The position numbers and the translations under genes were made by a program. The notes beneath the pieces are model-generated. The model did not search any database, was not told where the DNA came from, and saw only the letters and a program-made list of their open reading frames with translations. A stretch of DNA of 55,294 bases from Chromera velia (taxonomy: Eukaryota). Below, piece after piece: positions 51,076-55,294 of the stretch; position 1 is the stretch's first letter, and each line of letters opens with the position of its first letter. The stretch spans positions 1-55,294 of the forward strand of contig JAHBMJ010000184.1 in assembly GCA_018398765.1 (NCBI GenBank), in the 5' to 3' direction.

Positions 51076-51664
51076 TCGTTTTGAACAACTCGCGTTGCGC
51101 TAAAAAATCGATCAGAGAAACGCCGAGGGAGAATTTCAGCATTGATATGAAGGACGGATACCATCTCACTAGGTTTGCAGTTGCGGGGTTTGAGCCATGA
51201 TGCGCACGCACAGAAGGACGAAGCAGAAAGAACATGTAGTTACGAATGGGTCATGGGATGATCAGTCCATAAAAAGAAAAGAAAGACAGAAATCAAACAT
51301 CCCCCCCCCGTCTGGCTTCCTTCTCCATCCCTCCATGCTGACTGACCATGTTGGAGGGTATGCGGACCCATTTGGCGTCTCTGAGGACAGAGACCATGTG
51401 GCTGCACGGCGGGTCGATCACAGAGGGAGCACAGAGACCCGCAAAGATCTGTTGGGCCGTCGTCTGGCCCGTCCACTTATCGTCAGGAGGAGAGCCGGGG
51501 CTGATGGAGGAGCGGGACACGTGGGGGTACGGGTAGGCCGCTTGCTTGTTTTCGTTTGCCAGGGCCCCAGAATGCACGAAGTTCGTCACACACTCCTTCA
51601 CTTTTGCTAGAGCTCGTACGTGCTGCAGAGTATAGGGGCACCGAGCATGAGCCAGCTTGTGTAA

Positions 51665-51700
<36 letters not shown>

Positions 51701-53005
51701 AGAGGGGTCAAGTAAAATTACCGAGATACCTGGTCTCTTTTCATAGGAAGAGGAGGGTGATCGAAAATTACATGCCGACCTTCTGCTCTAGTCATGTCTG
51801 CGATGTGTACCCACCCACGTGAGTGCGTACCGATGCGCCCCCCCCAACAAACCATTCGAATGCTTTCACCGACCTCCGTGAAAAGTGTGCGCTGGCGAAT
51901 CCACGCGTTCATGGCGATAAAGGGAAGGAAGATCGCGGCCTCGCCAAAGAGAGTGTCTGCAGAAGAAGAAGAAGAAAGACAGAACACGAATGGAAGGAGC
52001 AAGAAGGAGTGGGACGTCAATTTGCGATGTGAGGAAAGGGATGGACTGATGTGCAGCCGGAGAAAGTCCTAAACAAAGATCGATCGAGGCCCCCCCACAG
52101 AAGAAAAATGATGCACGCTCCAGCGGGAGTTCTGAAAGAGAATTCGTCTACACGTCGAGGGCGCAGAGATGAAGAAGAACGCGAAGGAACGTGTGTGAGT
52201 GAAAGAACAAAGCGGGAATTTCAGGGTCATCATGCGGATTTATTCTGTGAAGGTGCATGAAAAACAGAGGAAAGTATGGTAAGAGGAAGAGGAAACATTG
52301 GAGGGGTGCGAGGGAATGCGAAAGCGTGGAAAGAGGGAAGTTTCGGAGGAAGTCAGGCTCAGACACACACACGGAAGACAACTCAAGTCGAAGGGAGGAG
52401 GGGGGCGAAGAGACAGGCAGAACAAAATGCATGCGACTGCGTATGCTACGGGAATTCAACGGCGAGCGGCTTGGAGGGACCACTTGGCGAAGGAGGGAGC
52501 AAATGCACAGAGGGCGGGCCAAAGAAAAGGACGGCCAGACATGACCCACATTTCTCGAAGTAGATTCCGAAAACCACAAAGGCGGTCACACAGGCGAGGG
52601 CCACAGCGCCGTCGAGAGTCCCAAAGAAGGCCAATCTGAGACGCCAGGACTGTCCTATTTTGGTCATATTCCCCTCATATTCTTCAATCAGATCCTGATC
52701 AGAATACGTAGATAGGCAAACAGACAAAGAGACACACAGAGATGCAGTCAGACAGATATGAATAGACGAGAGGAGACTGACACATGGGAGAAGCAAAGCA
52801 TTCCCACCCCCCTGAAGGCACAGTTGGATAACAAGGAAGCACGCTGAATGGCTACAGCGTCTCGTACCTCGATTGCGTTCACAATTTTCCGGTTGGCCTC
52901 TGACGATGAGAGGCCTGACAGCTTGGCGGCCGTGGTCGAGTGGGACTTGGACGGCGGGGCTTTGGACTTGGAGGCCATGCCCCTCTTCGTATTGCCCTGA
53001 CTCAT
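35783..53005 (-). CDS. TMEM94: TMEM94 (KIAA0195)-like P-type-ATPase-related membrane protein, multi-exon, with very large low-complexity insertions
   Basis: Ordered family motifs across GT-AG exons: [47 protein letters not shown]...LKPLAL; LC....[71 protein letters not shown]-terminal [11 protein letters not shown]. The exact start codon and some exon boundaries are uncertain. Confidence 0.92.
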
Positions 53006-53543
53006 GATGGACGTGTCCTGGCTGGCTCAGCAGAAACACGGAATTTCCGTACTGGTCTGACTCATGGCGGCGAGGAGCAAGCAAGACGGAAGACCACTCT
53101 CCCTGACTCTCTCTTCGGAGACGGCAATGATACACGGATCCGAAGAAGTACTTCTGTATTGCTTCCGGGAACACTTGCCTGACTCGCTGTGGTACTACGG
53201 CAGCATAAAGCAGTGCCACATTCTACAGCGGCTACGATGGCCTTATAACATGCCACGTTCCTGTCAGATCCTACTTCCTACATACTCTTCTGCAGTCCGT
53301 CTGGCTGTGGCTTTGCACATGCACACGTCGGAGTGACAAAACATATAAACAGAATTTGTGTATTCCCGCCTCCAAATACCGGCCCCTCAAGAGTACGTCG
53401 GCGCGCAATGCGCGCGCGCTCTTGTGCATGTTTACCATGTACCGTTGTTGCAAATGAGTTGGCACAATTTCCCTAGGAGCCCACATATGCCTAGTCTTGG
53501 TACTAGTAACTAAACTGACCAAATTATAGCGAGGACGACCTGG

Positions 53544-54095
53544 TCATTCGTGGCAGCTCATACAACGTAAGCGGCAACGCCTCGCCTCCCAACACAGGTC
53601 ATCGAAAAAGGACTGCTACTCGTCGTGTCTCAACTTGAGAAAGTCGAGGTTGCGTAGACGTAGTCGATACTCTGTGTCCTGGACGGGGCAGATGTGATCC
53701 ATCTCAAGATTCCAGCGAAAGAAAGTGATCTTTCGCCGTCTCCCTCTTCCAGGTATCCATCTAAATTGTTTTACTAACTGCAGAGGCTCCCCACAGCCAG
53801 TCTGCCCACACACACCGCCCATTCCCATCAAGATCTATACATGTGTGTGCTGAGTGAGCGCATGTCGCTCTTCTCGCGATGGGACAGACGAGGGAGAAGG
53901 AAGGAGACAGGAAGCAACAGGTATGCCTCCCATGAAAGTCGCAATCTTTAATGCTTTAGTCTACCCATGAAAATTTGTGAGATTTGACTCTTCATAGGTG
54001 GAACCTGTTCGACTATATATGGTTCTAAAGGGTTTTGAGCTTCGTTGTGAGGTAGCTTTTCATATGGTAGTAGTGGAGAGCTGAATCTGTTGTTT
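53544..54095 (-). pseudogene. Degenerate HNH-family endonuclease gene (core exon ~53834-53544)
   Basis: MGGVCGQTGCG...NLEMDHICP...HDE*QSFFDDLCWEARRCRLRCMSCH, read through one TAG, fits the GG.C..CG / E.DH..P / E..KC.L.C..CH HNH pattern. A possible upstream exon lies at ~54095-53927. Confidence 0.7.
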
Positions 54096-54348
54096 GATCA
54101 ATTTCTAGCTCTGGTATCATGATCACGATACGTAGACGGTCAGCATGATTGATGCATGCATATGCAGCCGGGCCCGCTAGGCGGATGCATGCATGCATTT
54201 AAATTCAACAGTGCCAACTAATTTGCAACGAGCTATCTGAGATTACCCTTTATCTTACCTATAATTAATCATTTATAATCTGAACAACACTTATCAAGTT
54301 CTTCATACATAACCAATATTATCATTAGCCGTTCTATACAATTCGTGC

Positions 54349-55294
54349 ATGATGAAAGGTAAGGCAATTGGTGAAGCAGCTGCTTCAATCATTTATGCTT
54401 GGGTACAGAGTACTAAGAAGAGATTTCATGTTGCTTTGTCTCCGCAACAGCTTGCAGAGGACATCAGTGCTAGTGGTTTTCAAGTCAGCAGTCGAACCAT
54501 CTATCGTATTTTCAACAAAAAAGTAGTAAAAGAGCCCGTGTACAAGCGCTACTATAGAGTCCAACAGAGGACTTTTACAGTAAAGGATGAGGAGGACATT
54601 GTTTGCTTCGTTCGAGAGGCAGGCCTCTATGGAATCTCCTGCAGGAAAGTCACCCGGAAGCTCAATGCACGCGTGCGGAAGAAAAGCACTGTCAGTCCCA
54701 CAAGATTCTTGCATGCATACATCATTCATTCCAGCCTTATGCGGTGTGTTCCTCTTTTCATCCTTATTATGTGCAGCCATTCACCTTTCCTACCGTTTGG
54801 CATCATATGACCATGCGCATGAAAGACAGGCTTGAATTTAAGAAGCCAGACTACCATCCGCCCATTTCATCAGACACCAAAGCACGCAGGCTGTCATGGG
54901 CAAAGGAAACAAAAGAACGAAAATGGAATTGGGAGAGAGTGGTATTCATCGATGAAACATATTTCAAGATGGGGAGAAAAGGGGGCGTACGTAAGCAGTG
55001 GGTGTTGAAAGGTGCACCGTTGTGGCATTCATACCTGCATTAGGAGGGGGAGGGATTCACCGCTGTCATTGCTTTTTCTGCACGTGATGACATGCCCACA
55101 ATGATCCGCATTTTTAAGTCATGTAAGAAAAAGAACTACAGAGACTTCTTGAAGGAAGTGATGCTAAAACGGAAGGACCCCATTACAGTGATGTATAACA
55201 ATGTGCCTACTCACCGTGCCTTGATCACACAGAGGTTCTGCAAAGAGAGAGGCATCGTCTTGGTCACTCAACCACCGTACTCACCTGATGTACA
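54349..55294 (+). pseudogene. Tc1/IS630-like DDE transposase with one intron (54691-54776), running off the window edge
   Basis: HTH-like N-terminus (VSSRTIYR), RRLSWAK..W.RVVFIDET, MYNNVPTH (second D mutated to N), QPPYSPD. A phase-0 GT-AG intron joins the two ORFs; in-frame TAG at 55041. Confidence 0.9.

Noticed and set aside
37311..52639. Numerous plus-strand ORFs of 100-300 aa over the TMEM94 locus
   Set aside because: They are antisense shadows of GC-rich exons with no recognisable domains.
53544..55294. Fanzor/TnpB or IscB next to the Tc1-like transposase
   Set aside because: No RuvC motifs are visible in the window; only a stand-alone HNH pattern is supported.

Overview
Eukaryotic, intron-rich genomic DNA with microsatellite-filled GT-AG introns and very long low-complexity exons. 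The style suggests a chromerid/apicomplexan-like alveolate (inference only). Two host genes are recognisable, both on the minus strand: a 3-exon nicotinamidase (pncA/PNC1 family, with an 11-nt micro-exon) and a ~17-kb TMEM94 (KIAA0195)-like P-type-ATPase-related gene. The rest is mostly transposon debris: a full-length chromodomain Ty3/Gypsy element nested in a hAT MITE, three relatives of one hAT family, a pol-less LTR-like element, an APE-RT LINE plus a possible SINE, several MITEs, minisatellites, a CMC/EnSpm-like transposase pseudogene, and a Tc1/IS630-like transposase at the right edge. The most unusual observations are (i) a degenerate HNH endonuclease gene bracketed by inverted repeats and lying head-to-head with the Tc1-like transposase, and (ii) strongly transition-biased (C>T/G>A-compatible) decay of the repeats, including non-CpG contexts.
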